From the NCBI GenBank assembly GCA_951406725.2, contig OX597819.1, positions 62,000,001 to 62,064,000 of the forward strand: a DNA stretch of 64,000 nucleotides, written 5' to 3'. How positions within the stretch are numbered: position 1 is the stretch's first letter; each line of letters opens with the position of its first letter. The DNA comes from Octopus vulgaris. Its lineage: Eukaryota. Positions 36,095 to 48,557 of the stretch are shown here, piece by piece. Under the pieces are notes generated by a model, which saw nothing but the letters and a program-made list of their open reading frames with translations, had not been told where the DNA came from and searched no databases. The translations under genes were made by a program, and so were the position numbers.

Positions 36095-38807
36095 ACTCAC
36101 ACACATGCTCTCCTTTTCTCACACACACACAGACACACACACATGTACACATGTACATGAATGTTTGCCAACCCTACCATTGATATACCCAGGTAGGTGT
36201 CCATAAGAACATATATTTAGTTGTACAAACATAAATTTGTACAACTGCTGCATGAGCCAAACAGAGGGCACCAACAGAGTTGTTTGACTTGTTAAAAATA
36301 GCAGCCAAATTTTCCTCAACTCTACACTACCATCTAAAAACACCATGAGAAACACATTAACTGATGTAGTTCTAAATACACATTGCCTGAGTAAAAAGGA
36401 GAGATGGCCAAGGCTAGAATACTTTTGATCATAGGCCTACTTGATCAAGATTGTCCTGGGCTAAACATCGGCAAGAACATACAGAAATACATTCCTGCCT
36501 ACACCCGAAAAGCATACGTAGTTTCTTAAATATGTTTAGGGAAACAAACATACAAAACACACACATATATACCTAGAGTCGCATATACATACATACCTAT
36601 ATATATATATATTATCATCATCATCATCATCATCGTTTAACGTCCGTTTTCTATGCTAGCATGGGTTGGACGATTCGACTGGGGTCTGGAAAGCCAGGAG
36701 GCTGCACCAGGCTCCAGTCTAATCTGGCAGTGTTTCTACAGCTGGATGCCGTTCCTAACGCCAACCACTCCATAAGTGTAGTGGTTGCTTTTTATGTGCC
36801 ACCAGCACAGGGGCCAGAGGGTGCTGGCAATGGTCACAATCAGTAGGTGCTCTTTACGTGTCACTGGCACAGTGAGAATTTACATAAAAACAAAATACAA
36901 AGACGGGTGTGTAAACAACAAACAGATGTATTAGTGAAGTGAGAGAGTCTTTTACATTTCAAGCCTACGCTCTTCAACAGGAAGGAACACAGAAATAAAC
37001 AGGTAGAGAAAATAGAAAATAGAAAAAAAATATATATATATATAAATATAAATATAAAAAATGGAACAAAAACGCAATGGAGGACAATAAATCATCCAGA
37101 CAGATAAATGATACAAAGATGGACAGGAAAAAAAAGGGCAGGTCATTCATGGCCTTCTTTCATCAGTCAGGTTACCAGATGTCCTTACAGTTTCTGGCAG
37201 ATACACTTGAGACTGTTTGTACCTGGTTGCTCTCAAAAAAGTCTAACCTAAGAGCATTAGATTTTATTTGTAAGAAAGCTAGCAAACATGTATGACAACA
37301 AAGACAAAAACGTTGGAGAACATGGTACATAATTACAAATACAAACAAGAATATAACAACAGGTGTCTTTCAACATGTATATATATGTGTGTGTGTGTAT
37401 GTATGTATGTATGTATGTATATGTGACTCTGGGTATATATCACTTTTTAAATTTACTGGTGTGATCTAAAATGTTAATATATGAATATGAAAGCGATATT
37501 TGAATAACTGTAAACCTACTTTTGGGCCACTCTGTATATACTTACGGACACATATACACAACCATATGTGCATTCTTATATGTATGTGCACATACAGAGA
37601 CATACACAACTATATATACAACCATATACACATATATGAAAGTGGTGAGCTGGCAGAAACGTTAGCACACTTGTCAAAATGCTTAGCAGTATTTCGTCTG
37701 TCTTTACATTCTGAGTTCAATTTTCACCGAGATTGACTTTGCCTTTCATCCTTTTGAGGTTGATAAATTAAGTACCAGTTATGCACTGGGGTTGATATAA
37801 TCAACTTAATCCTTATGTCTGTCCTTGTTTGTCCCCTTTATGTTTAGCCCCTTGTGGGCAATAAAGAAATAAGAAACGTTTGCATGCAGGGCGAAATGCT
37901 TAGCGGTATTTCGTCTGACTTAACGTTTTGAGTTCAAATTTCGCCAAGGTCGACTTTACTTTTCATCCTTTTGGGCTCAATAAATTAAGTACCAGTGGCG
38001 TACTGAGGTTGATCTAATCGATTGCCCCACTCCCAAAAAAGTTCAGGCATTTGCCTAGAGTAGAAAAGCATATACATTTGTATGGTGGGAGTCTGCTCAT
38101 AACTGAGTAAGACCTCTTCCTAAAGTCAGTAAGTCCATGCAAATGTCCCTAGAGTCCAAGAAGTTCCATCGTCGTTGTTTAATGTCTGCCTGCCATGTTA
38201 GCATGGGTGGGATGGTTCCACAAGAGCCAGCCTGGCCAAAGCCTGCACCAGACTTACCTGACTGTCTTGGCAGGGTTTTTACAGCTAGATGCCCTTTCTA
38301 ACACCAACAACTCAGCAGAGTGGACTTAGTGCTTTTCACGTGGGACAAGCACAGGCAAGGTCAGTTTTGGCAAGGTTTTTACAGCTGGACGCCCTACCAA
38401 GCACCAACCACTTGAACCACTGTGGACTGGGTGCTTTTAAGTAGTAGTGTAGGAATTTGCTTTGAGTAGATAAGGTGTTGTACAGTACTGGACCCACTTT
38501 TTAGTGTAATCAGCTGCAAAAAGCAGTGGTACAACAGAGGCTGAAATGACCAGTACCAACTGCATTTCAGGTGTTCTTTATATGAATCTACCTTTTGCCC
38601 CTAGAAGAAAGTTCTAATGAGAACTAGAGGTTCTCAGTAGTTCACATGCTAGTTAACCCATAGCTGGGTCCCTAACAGCTGCCACTACTTTGGGTCAAAG
38701 CAGACCTGGGAACAATAGTGACTAAGGTGTGGTTCAGCTTTCCTCAAAACACTGGAACTTCCATACCAGGGCCCAACATCTGGGTGCAGTATAGTGCCAT
38801 ACCCAGG

Positions 38808-39706
38808 ACACACACACACACATGCACACACACAGACATACACACATATACACATGCATACACACACATGCATTCACTCACACAGACATACACACATGCA
38901 TACACATGCATTCACACACATATACATGCACACACACATGCACTCACATACATACACACATATGCCCACACATGCACATGCATGCATGCACACATGTGTA
39001 CTCATGCATGCACACACATGCGTTCACACACAATGCACATACACATTCACATACATACACACATGCACATACACACATACATGCATAACTACAGATGTAT
39101 ACACACCAAAATATATGCATTCTTACATGCAAGCATACACACATGCATTTATACAAATATTTTTACAACCATGCACATACAGACATATATATACATATAC
39201 ACATATACAAGCATATGTACACACATACATGCATTCATACATACATAAGGACATCCATACATGCATACAATAAGGCAGTTACACATTTGCATACAAAAGT
39301 AAAGAAAAAGGCTTGTAAAGTACATTGGCTCATAAAGTACACTCACACTTTTGCATTCCTCCACTTTCACATATAACTGGGGAGGGTTGCAGTAGTGATA
39401 GTAGTAGTGGTGAGGGGAGTGATTTGTACCTGTGTATACGTAAGATCTATCTATGTATTTACCTACCTACCTCCCTCCCTCCCTACCTACCTGTCTATTT
39501 ATCTATCTATCTGTCTATCTATCTACTTACCTACCTACCTACTTATCTTCCTACCTACCTACCTACCTACCTACCTATCTACCTACCTATCTATTTATCT
39601 ATCTATCTACCTACCTACATATCTATTTATCTATCTATCTGTCTATCTATCTATCTATCTATCTACTTACCTACCTACCTACCTATCTATCTACCTACCT
39701 ATCTAT

Positions 39707-39737
<31 letters not shown>

Positions 39738-39742
39738 CCTAC

Positions 39743-39817
<75 letters not shown>

Positions 39818-39830
39818 GCCATCTATCTAT
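38808..39830. repeat. compound microsatellites (CA/TACA tract, then TATC/TACC tract)
   Basis: Directly visible; similar GAT/GGT tracts at 33990-34180, 50010-50180, 59690-60090 and TA/TG tracts at 43290-44850. Confidence 0.95.
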
Positions 39831-40684
39831 AGAGAGTTAATTACTCGCAAATATATGTGTTAACATGTGACATTATTGACCGAGGTTACCATGGTCTTTT
39901 CCATAGGCTTTTTTTTCCATGGATAAACCTTATCTGTTTCTCCCTTTGCACTTTACATCATACATTTCTGTGATACATGATCCCTTTTCTTTCTTTTTTT
40001 TTCTTTCCTTTTTACAATTCCTTTTGATCGAAAATCTACGCCACTTTTGTTTTCTCCCCCAAAATAAAAGCTCTACTATGTAATTTGTCTCGTCTGTGTT
40101 CAGCCATGTGGTTAATAAAGAAACATAGCTATTTATCTACCTATCTGTCTATCTATCTGTCTGTCTGTCAGTCTACCAGTCTATCTCTCTTTCTCTTACT
40201 CTTTATATAAATGTAATACACATCTATGCACTCATACACACATACATACATACATACATACATACAAACATACATACATACATGCATGCATGCATACATA
40301 AGTAACAAAAGTACAAGGAATACTAGGTACCAACACCCGTACACAGAATCTTGATTAGCAAGGTGACTCAATCTAAGTATATATAAATGGAACAAAAACG
40401 CAATATCCCTCTCTCTCTCTTTCGGAGAGGCACTGAGCACCTACACGCACATATACATACATGGCAGTAACTTCCACCTACTGAATTCAATCACAAAGCT
40501 CCGGTCGGCTCGGGGCTATAGTAGAAGACACCTACCCAAAGTGCCACACAGTGGGACTGAACCCAAAACCATATAACTAGGAAGCAAGCTCCCTAACCAC
40601 ACAGCCATGCCCATGCCTACAAAAATGTATGCACATATAATATAATATGATATAATATAATATAAATATATATATATATATATA

Positions 40685-41118
40685 CATGAACATGAACGTC
40701 GAAATAAATATCAATGGAAATAGAAGTTGTGATGCCTGTGCCGGTGGCACATAAAAAGCACTATCCGAACGTGGCCGATTCCAGCGCCGCTCCAACTGGC
40801 TTCTGTGCCGGTGGCACATAAAAAGCACTATCCGAGCGTTGCCAGCACCGCCTTGGCTGGCTTCCGTGCCGCTGGCACATTAAAATCTCCAACCGATCGT
40901 GGCCGATGCCAGACCCCGCCTGGCACCTGTGCCGGTGGCACGTAAAAAGCACCCACTACACTCGCGGAGTGGTTGGCATTAGGAAGGGCATCCAGCCGTA
41001 GAAACTCTGCCAGATCAGACTGGAGCCTGGAGCAGCACCTGGCTTCCCAGACCCCAGTCGAACCATCCAACATGTGCTAGCGCGGAAAACGGACGTTAAA
41101 CGATGATGATGATGATGA

Positions 41119-41120
<2 letters not shown>
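40685..41120 (+). mobile_element. RTE LINE 3' UTR-only copy
   Basis: Matches reverse complement of 62627-63055; ends GGACGTTAAAC(GAT)n; flanked by (TA)n. Confidence 0.8.
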
Positions 41121-41154
<34 letters not shown>

Positions 41155-41382
41155 ATATTTAGCAGAAGTAACAGAGTGACTTAAAGTCCTAAAGTTTTGT
41201 GCATTGGTGCTTTTCAAACTAGTCTGATAAGAGAAAGTGCACAAAACTCTCAAACCACTCTGTTACTTCCCTTAAACATTAATAAAAATACATACATATA
41301 CTCATATTTGAAGTTCTATTTTTCCTGTTTGCACCAACATACCCATATATATATGTGTGTGCGTGAGTGTGTGTACATATAA

Positions 41383-41416
<34 letters not shown>

Positions 41417-41421
<5 letters not shown>

Positions 41422-43280
41422 CAATGACTGGTGCAGCAGCACCATAGTCAACTGCTACAAGGGTAAGGGTGATGCTCTAGATAGAAATAACTACAGAGGT
41501 ATCAAACTGTTGGACCAGGTGATGAAGGTCTCAGAGAAGATCATAACCCATCTCATTAGGGAGAGAATTTGTTTAGATGAAATGCAGTTCAGTTTTGTAC
41601 CAGGTAGAAGCACCACTGATGCTATATTCCTGGTCCGACAACTGCAGGAGAAGTACCTAGCTAAAGATAAACCCCTCTACATAGCTTTTGTAGACTTGGA
41701 GAAAGCCTTTGACAGGGTTCCCCGTTCCCTCATCTGGTGGTCGATGCGGAAACTGGAGATTGAAGAATGGCTAATAAGGGCTGTACAGGCTCTATACAGA
41801 GAGGCTGTCAGCAAGGTTAGGATTGGCAACGAATATAGTGAAGAATTCTGGGTAGAAGTAGGTGTGCACCAGGGCTCAGCCCTCAGTCCCCTTTTATTCA
41901 TCATAGTCCTTCAGGCAATAACAGAGGAATTCAAAACGGGATGCCCCTGGGAGCTCCTCTATGCCGATGACCTAGCTCTCATAGCAGAATCACTACCGGA
42001 ACTAGAAGAGAAATTTCGGGTGTGGAAGCAAGGGTTGGAATCAAAAGGCCTTAGAATAAATGTAGCAAAGACCAAAGTATTAGTAAGCAGCAAGAGGTAC
42101 TCAGCACACACCCCCTCGGGTAGGTGGCCCTGCTCAATCTGTAGGAAAGGTACAGGTAGAAACTCCATAAGATGCACCCAATGTAAGTTATGGACACATA
42201 AGAGATGCAGCAACATTAAAGGGAAATTAACAGATAAAATAGCTTTCATGTACGGCAGATGCACAGGGACAATAGACACAACAGACACTCAGAAAACAGA
42301 TTCCATCACACTCCAGGGAGAGAAACTAGAAGTAGTTGATAGTTTCCGCTACCTGGGTGACCAAGTTAGTAGCGGAGGTGGATGCACAGAGAGTATCACC
42401 ACTAGAATACGAATAGCCTGGGCAAAGTTCAGAAAGCTCCTACCCCTACTGGCAACAAAAGGTCTCTCCCTCAGAGCGAAAGGTAGATTGTATGATGCAT
42501 GTGTGCGAACTGCCATGCTTCACGGTAATGAAACATGGGCAGTGACTGCAGAGGACATGCGTAGACTTGAAAGAAATGAAGCTAGCATGATCCGCTGGAT
42601 GTATAGTGTCAGTGTGCACGCAAGACAGAGTGTAAGCATCCTAAGAGAAATGCTGGATATAAGAAGCATCAGATGTGGTGTGCAAGAGCGACGCTTGCGA
42701 TGGTATGGTCATGTGCTGCGGATGGATGAAGAGAGATGTGTGAAGAAGTGCCACTCCCAAACAGTTGAAGGTATCAGGGGGAGAGGTAGACCCAGGAAGA
42801 CATGGGATGAGGTAGTCAAGCATGACCTCAGAGCATTGGGCCTCACTGAGGCAATGGCGAAAGACCGAGATCTCTGGAGATATGCTGTGACTGCAAAGAC
42901 CCGGGCTGCTTTCTGCAGCAATTCCACATACCCCCTACCCATTCAAAGTACCCCGGATCCCCAAAGTACCCCAGATCCCCAAAGTACCCCAGATCCCCAA
43001 AGTACCCCGGACCCAGTTGCCCCCGTGCCGCTGGCACGTTAAAAGCTCAAACCGATCGCGACCAATGCCGGACCCCCCGGCCCCTGTGCAGGTGGCACGT
43101 AAAAAGCACCCAATCCACTCACGGAGTGGTTGGCGTTAGGAAGGGCATCCAGCTGTAGAAACTCTGCCAAATCAGACTGGAGCCTGGAGCGGCCCCTGGC
43201 TTCCCAGACCCCGGTCAAACCGTCCAACCCGTGCTAGCGCGGAAAACGGACGTTAAACGATGATGATGATGATGATGATG
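41417..43280 (+). mobile_element. 5'-truncated RTE-clade LINE; open RT ORF 41417-43042, no endonuclease
   Basis: NYRGIKLL, FVDLEKAFD, GVHQGS, YADD (41960-41971), FRYLG, RLRWYGHVLRM, RGRPRKTW; no internal stops; (GAT)n tail; begins at a (TA)n tract. Confidence 0.95.
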
Positions 43281-43304
43281 TGCGCATATATATATATGTA
43301 CATG

Positions 43305-43344
<40 letters not shown>

Positions 43345-43413
43345 AAAACCGTCCAACCCATGCTAGCATGGAAAGCGGACATTAAACGACGATGATGATG
43401 ATGTATATATATG

Positions 43414-43471
<58 letters not shown>

Positions 43472-43496
43472 ATACATATATATATATATTTGTATG

Positions 43497-43537
<41 letters not shown>

Positions 43538-43658
43538 GTATATATAAACATATATATATATGTATGTGTTGGATATATTTGGTGTATAACATTATCATCA
43601 TTATCATCAAGACAGATATCAAATGGTGAGGATGATGATGATGATAAATACATACATG

Positions 43659-43695
<37 letters not shown>

Positions 43696-43787
43696 CCTTC
43701 TGTGAGCGTCTGCTAATACTTTGCATCTACCATGTCCATGCATTGTTGTTTTTTCTTGTGTTTTACCTCGTTTTCTGGAGGATTCAT

Positions 43788-43847
<60 letters not shown>

Positions 43848-44483
43848 GTCTAACCCATGCCGGCATACAAGATTGACGTTAAAAGGCAATGATCATGATT
43901 ATGAAATATATGCATATGCATGCACACACACATACACATACATACACACGCACACATACCACATATGCACACACGCATACTTACTGACACACAAATGCAT
44001 ACATACACACACTAATGGGATATGTTTAATTTATCCCAAGTTGGCAAGTGTTTGTGACATTGTCAAGGTCATGGACTCTATGTGCAACAAGGTCGCATTC
44101 TCCCCTCACCAAGGTCAAAGGTAAAAGTTAATGTTACCCTGCACAATGTTCAAGGGGTTAGGGAGAAGGAGGCAGTGGGGTGGAAGATGGAGGAGGGGTA
44201 GCTGCAGTAGTGGTGGTGGTGGTAGTGGTGGTTGTGGCGGCGGCAGTCATGGCAGTGGTGGATGGGGGTGGTATAAGCGGCTGTGTGGGTGGAAGGATGA
44301 GTCATGGTGCTATATGCTAGCTGCTTCCTTTCTCTATTTCCTTGCTTATGTCTGTATCTGGGTATGCATGTGTATGTGTGTGTGTATGTGTGTGTGCATA
44401 TGGGTGTGTTTGTAGGTGTTTCAAGTGGGTGTATGCAAATGTGTCTTGTGCATGTCTGTATGTCTGTCTGCGTGTGTGTGTGC

Positions 44484-44548
<65 letters not shown>

Positions 44549-44636
44549 GAAAGAGAGAGAGGGGAGAGAGGGAGAGAGAGACAAATAGATAGATATACAA
44601 ACGTACATACTTTTATATATACGTATATATACATAC

Positions 44637-44707
<71 letters not shown>

Positions 44708-44808
44708 CAGATATATATGTATTTATGAATGTATGTACCCATATATATGCATGTGCGTAAAACTGTGTGTATTAGTGTGCAAATATGAGTTATGTGCATG
44801 CTTATATT

Positions 44809-44847
<39 letters not shown>

Positions 44848-45532
44848 TTGCATGTGGGTGTTAAAAACTTTTGATTTTGGTTATTATGTAACATGTATGT
44901 AGATGTTGTCTGATGATGATGATCATGAGGGTGGTAGTGGTGGTCATGTTAGTAGTAATGAATATGAGGATGATGATGATGATGATGATAACGATGGTGA
45001 TGGCAGAAATGAAGATGATGATGGCAGCGATGATGTTGCTTCTCCTGTTGTATGCAATCATTGCTATTTTATATATTTCAAAACTGAAGAGATCCTTGTT
45101 CCTCTATTTTCTTTTTGTTATTGATGTCGTCGTTCCATACCAGGCCTACATAATGGGTGGAATCTAGGGTCCGAATAAGCAGACCCTAGATCCACCCTGA
45201 TTGACCAAAGCAATTTACAACCACAGACATCCGAATGTGCTGGGACCCTTGACCACATTAGCCAAACTAAACTTTTCCAAGACGTTGGCGGATTTAAGAA
45301 TATTTATTCCTTTCTTCTTTTACTTGTTTCAGTCATTTGACTGCGGCCATGCTAGAGCACTGCCTTTAGTTGAACAAATTGACCCCAGGACTTATTCCTT
45401 GTAAACCTAGTACTTATTTTATCAATCTCTTTTGCCAAACTGCAAACACACCAACATTGGTTGTCAAGCGATGGTGAGGGGGGTGGGTGCCAAACACACA
45501 CACACACACATACATACATATATATATATGTA

Positions 45533-45575
<43 letters not shown>

Positions 45576-45745
45576 GATGTGCTTCTTTCAGTTTCCATCT
45601 ACCAAATCCACTCACAAGGCTTTGGTTGGCCTGAAGCTATAGTAGAAGACTCTTTGCTCAAGGTGCCATGCAGTGGGACTGAACCTGGAGCCATGTGGTT
45701 AAGAAGCAAGCTTCTTACCACACAGCCACTCCTGCGCCTACTTGG

Positions 45746-46050
45746 CTACTGTTTCCTCGGGTCATCCTTAGTTTGTTTCACCCATATATTCTTTGGTGCT
45801 CTGCTCCGGATTCTCCTGTGCACTGGTTGCTGCCAACACAGATGTTGGTGTGGTAGCCTTCCAGTGCTCATCCTGCAGATTACAGCCAAACTACTGTAGC
45901 CTGCACTGCCAGATTTGGTCTCCAATGGTCGGCTGCTGCCGGCATTGTCTTTGGATTTTCTTGTTTGAGATTTGTCTACAGAGAAAAACACCAAGGATCT
46001 TACAAAGACACTGCACTTGACCATAATTGGGTGACCAAGTAGAGGCTCCA
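45746..46050 (-). mobile_element. decayed RTE-like LINE C-terminal fragment (different family)
   Basis: ICRMSTGRLP..L.W....RRIRSRAPKNIW resembles the RTE C-terminal RMxxxRLP...RGRPKxxW motif. Confidence 0.5.
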
Positions 46051-46415
46051 TTCATCATGTTGTTGCTGCTGCTGTTGTTGTTGTTGTTGTCATTGCTGTT
46101 GTTACAGTTGGTGTTGCTGCTGTTGTTGTCATTGTCATTGCTGTTGTTGTCATTGTTGTTGCTGGTGCTGATGTGATGGCATCAGTGACAAGAAGCTGCT
46201 GGGAAATAACAAACAAACAAGATACAGAGACAAACATAAATGCAACAGAAGGTGAACACGCAGGATTACTATTTGGTAAGTAGTTTGCTTCCCAGCCACA
46301 TGGTTCTGGGTTCAGCCCTACTGCATGGCACCTTGGCCAAGTGTCTTCTACTATAGCCTTGGCCGACCAGAGCTTTGTGAGTGGATTTGGTAGACAGAAA
46401 CTGAAATAAATATGT

Positions 46416-46452
<37 letters not shown>

Positions 46453-46460
<8 letters not shown>

Positions 46461-47552
46461 AGTGAATTGAAGAAATGGAGTTGAACGAAGATTGAACAGA
46501 AATCGTTTTATTGCATTCTACACGTGTTTCGAAAGGCACAATTTACCAAATTCCGATTGAATAAGGAGACCATATTGTGTCTTTCTCTTCAGGAAGAAAT
46601 AGGAAATCCATTGGAAAAAACAAAAACAGAACAGAGGCGGAGCAAAACAAATCGAACGAGGCTCCTAAGAGCCCATGGCCAAACTGTTTATCAATGTATG
46701 TTGAAAACGGGTGGTGGGTGCGTTGAAGATTTTAACGGGTCAGGCAGCGGTCATTCCGGTGGGTGAGAGCACGGGGTGCTTAGATGTTCTTTGTGACCGA
46801 GACTAAAGTTCTGACTATTTAAAGAATATTAGGTGTATTATATGGGGCGAGACAAAATCTACTTAGAAACATGTGTGTGTGTACTGTTCTATATGTGCGG
46901 CCGCAAGTTGGTAAGAAGCGCTACACTTAATTATTATTATTTTTCTGCCACCCGACTGATTTTACAGCAGTGACCATTGTGTAGGGCTGTTTACCAACTG
47001 ACGGCCGCGTGATCAAACACACATACGAACACATAAAATATCTTCTACCCCCTGACGGATTTCTCAGCAGTGACCAGAGTGTAGCGCTTCTTACCAACTT
47101 GCGGCCGCACATATAGAACAGTACACACACACATGTTTCTAAGTAGATTTTGTCTCGCCCCATATAATACACCTAATATTCTTTAAATAGTCAGAACTTT
47201 AGTCTCGGTCACAAAGAACATCTAAGTACCCCGTGCTCTCACCCACCGGAATGACCGCTGCCTGACCCGTTAAAATCTTCAACGCACCCACCACCCGTTT
47301 TCAACATACATTGATAAACAGTTTGGCCATGGGCTCTTAGGAGCCTCGTTCGATTTGTTTTGCTCCGCCTCTGTTCTGTTTTTGTTTTTTCCAACGGATT
47401 TCCTATTTCTTCCTGAAGAGAAAGACACAATATGGTCTCCTTATTCAATCGGAATTTGGTAAATTGTGCCTTTCGAAACACGTGTAGAATGCAATAAAAC
47501 GATTTCTGTTCAATCTTCGTTCAACTCCATTTCTTCAATTCACTAATAATAT
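46453..47552. repeat. 475-bp inverted repeat (46453-46927 and 47078-47552), 150-bp spacer; probable Penelope-like pLTR with inverted 5' copy
   Basis: Arms are reverse complements with two mismatches seen; identical twin 80-aa ORFs in track; flanked by (TA)n; hammerhead plus AATAAA in each arm. Confidence 0.92.
47404..47496 (+). ncRNA. type I hammerhead ribozyme motif (mirror copy 46509-46601 minus)
   Basis: CTGAAGA 47413-47419, stem II GAAAGACACAAT/ATTGTGCCTTTC (11 of 12 pairs), GAAA, palindromic stem III ACACGTGT, GUA site at 47484-47486, interrupted stem I TATTTCTTC/GAATGCAATA. Confidence 0.78.
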
Positions 47553-47721
47553 TAAAATTCAATTATCCGCACCAACGCACGGTTGCAACACCATAGGGTT
47601 GTACCTCCAACCGTGCTGTCTTCTGCTGTGATTTTTGCTACCAAGATATCGGTTAAACTTTTGATTAATCTGCAACAAGATTATTCATCTTTCTATTTCA
47701 CAAAATATATATATATATATA

Positions 47722-47934
47722 CTCTTTTACTCTTTTACTTGTTTCAGTCATTTGACTGCGGCCATGCTGGAGCACCGCCTTTAATCGAGCAACTCGACCC
47801 CGGGACTTATTCTTTGTAAGCCCAGTACTTATTCTATCGGTCTCTTTTGCCGAACCACTAAGTGACGGGGATGTAAACACACCAGCATCGGTTGTCAAGC
47901 AATGCTAGAGGGACAAACACAGACACAGAAACAT

Positions 47935-47986
<52 letters not shown>

Positions 47987-48149
47987 GACAGGCTTCTTTC
48001 AGTTTCCGTCTACCAAATCCACTCACAAGGCATTGGTCGGCCCGGGGCTATAGCAGAAGACACTTGCCCAAGATGCCACGCAGTGGGACTGAACCCGGAA
48101 CCATGTGGTGTGTTAGAAAGCTACTTACCACACAGCCACTCCTGCGCCT
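47722..48149 (-). mobile_element. full-length young SINE family A
   Basis: AGGCGCAGGAGTGGCTGTGTGGTAAG head through (GTAAAAGA)2 tail; many CpGs retained. Confidence 0.88.
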
Positions 48150-48185
48150 AAAAAATATGGAACGCTTCACGAATTTGCGTGTCAT
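48150..48185 (-). pseudogene. U6 snRNA 3' fragment
   Basis: ATGACACGCAAATTCGTGAAGCGTTCCATATTTTTT is identical to the conserved 3' end of metazoan U6. Confidence 0.93.
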
Positions 48186-48351
48186 GTGTGTGTGTCACTC
48201 TCGGAGTGGTTGGCATTAGGAAGGGGATCCAGCTGTAGAAACTCTGCCAGATCAAGATTGGGGCCTGGTGCAGCCATCTGGTTTACCAGTCCTCAGTCAA
48301 ATCGTCTAACCCATGCTAGCATGGAAAGCGGATGTTAAACGATGATGATGA

Positions 48352-48417
<66 letters not shown>

Positions 48418-48525
48418 TTATATAGGTAGGGGTTATGTGATCATCTGCCTCAACAAATTCCATCCAACCCATGCAAGCATGGAAAAGTGGCCATTAAAAA
48501 GATGATGATCATGATGACAATGATA

Positions 48526-48557
<32 letters not shown>

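Noticed and set aside
41357-41416. N-terminus of the 561-aa ORF as an intact autonomous gene
   Set aside because: First ~20 codons are microsatellite; the LINE is 5'-truncated and lacks the endonuclease.
46524-47481. Twin identical 80-aa ORFs on opposite strands
   Set aside because: By-product of the inverted repeat; GTG start, no recognisable domain, antisense to the hammerhead.
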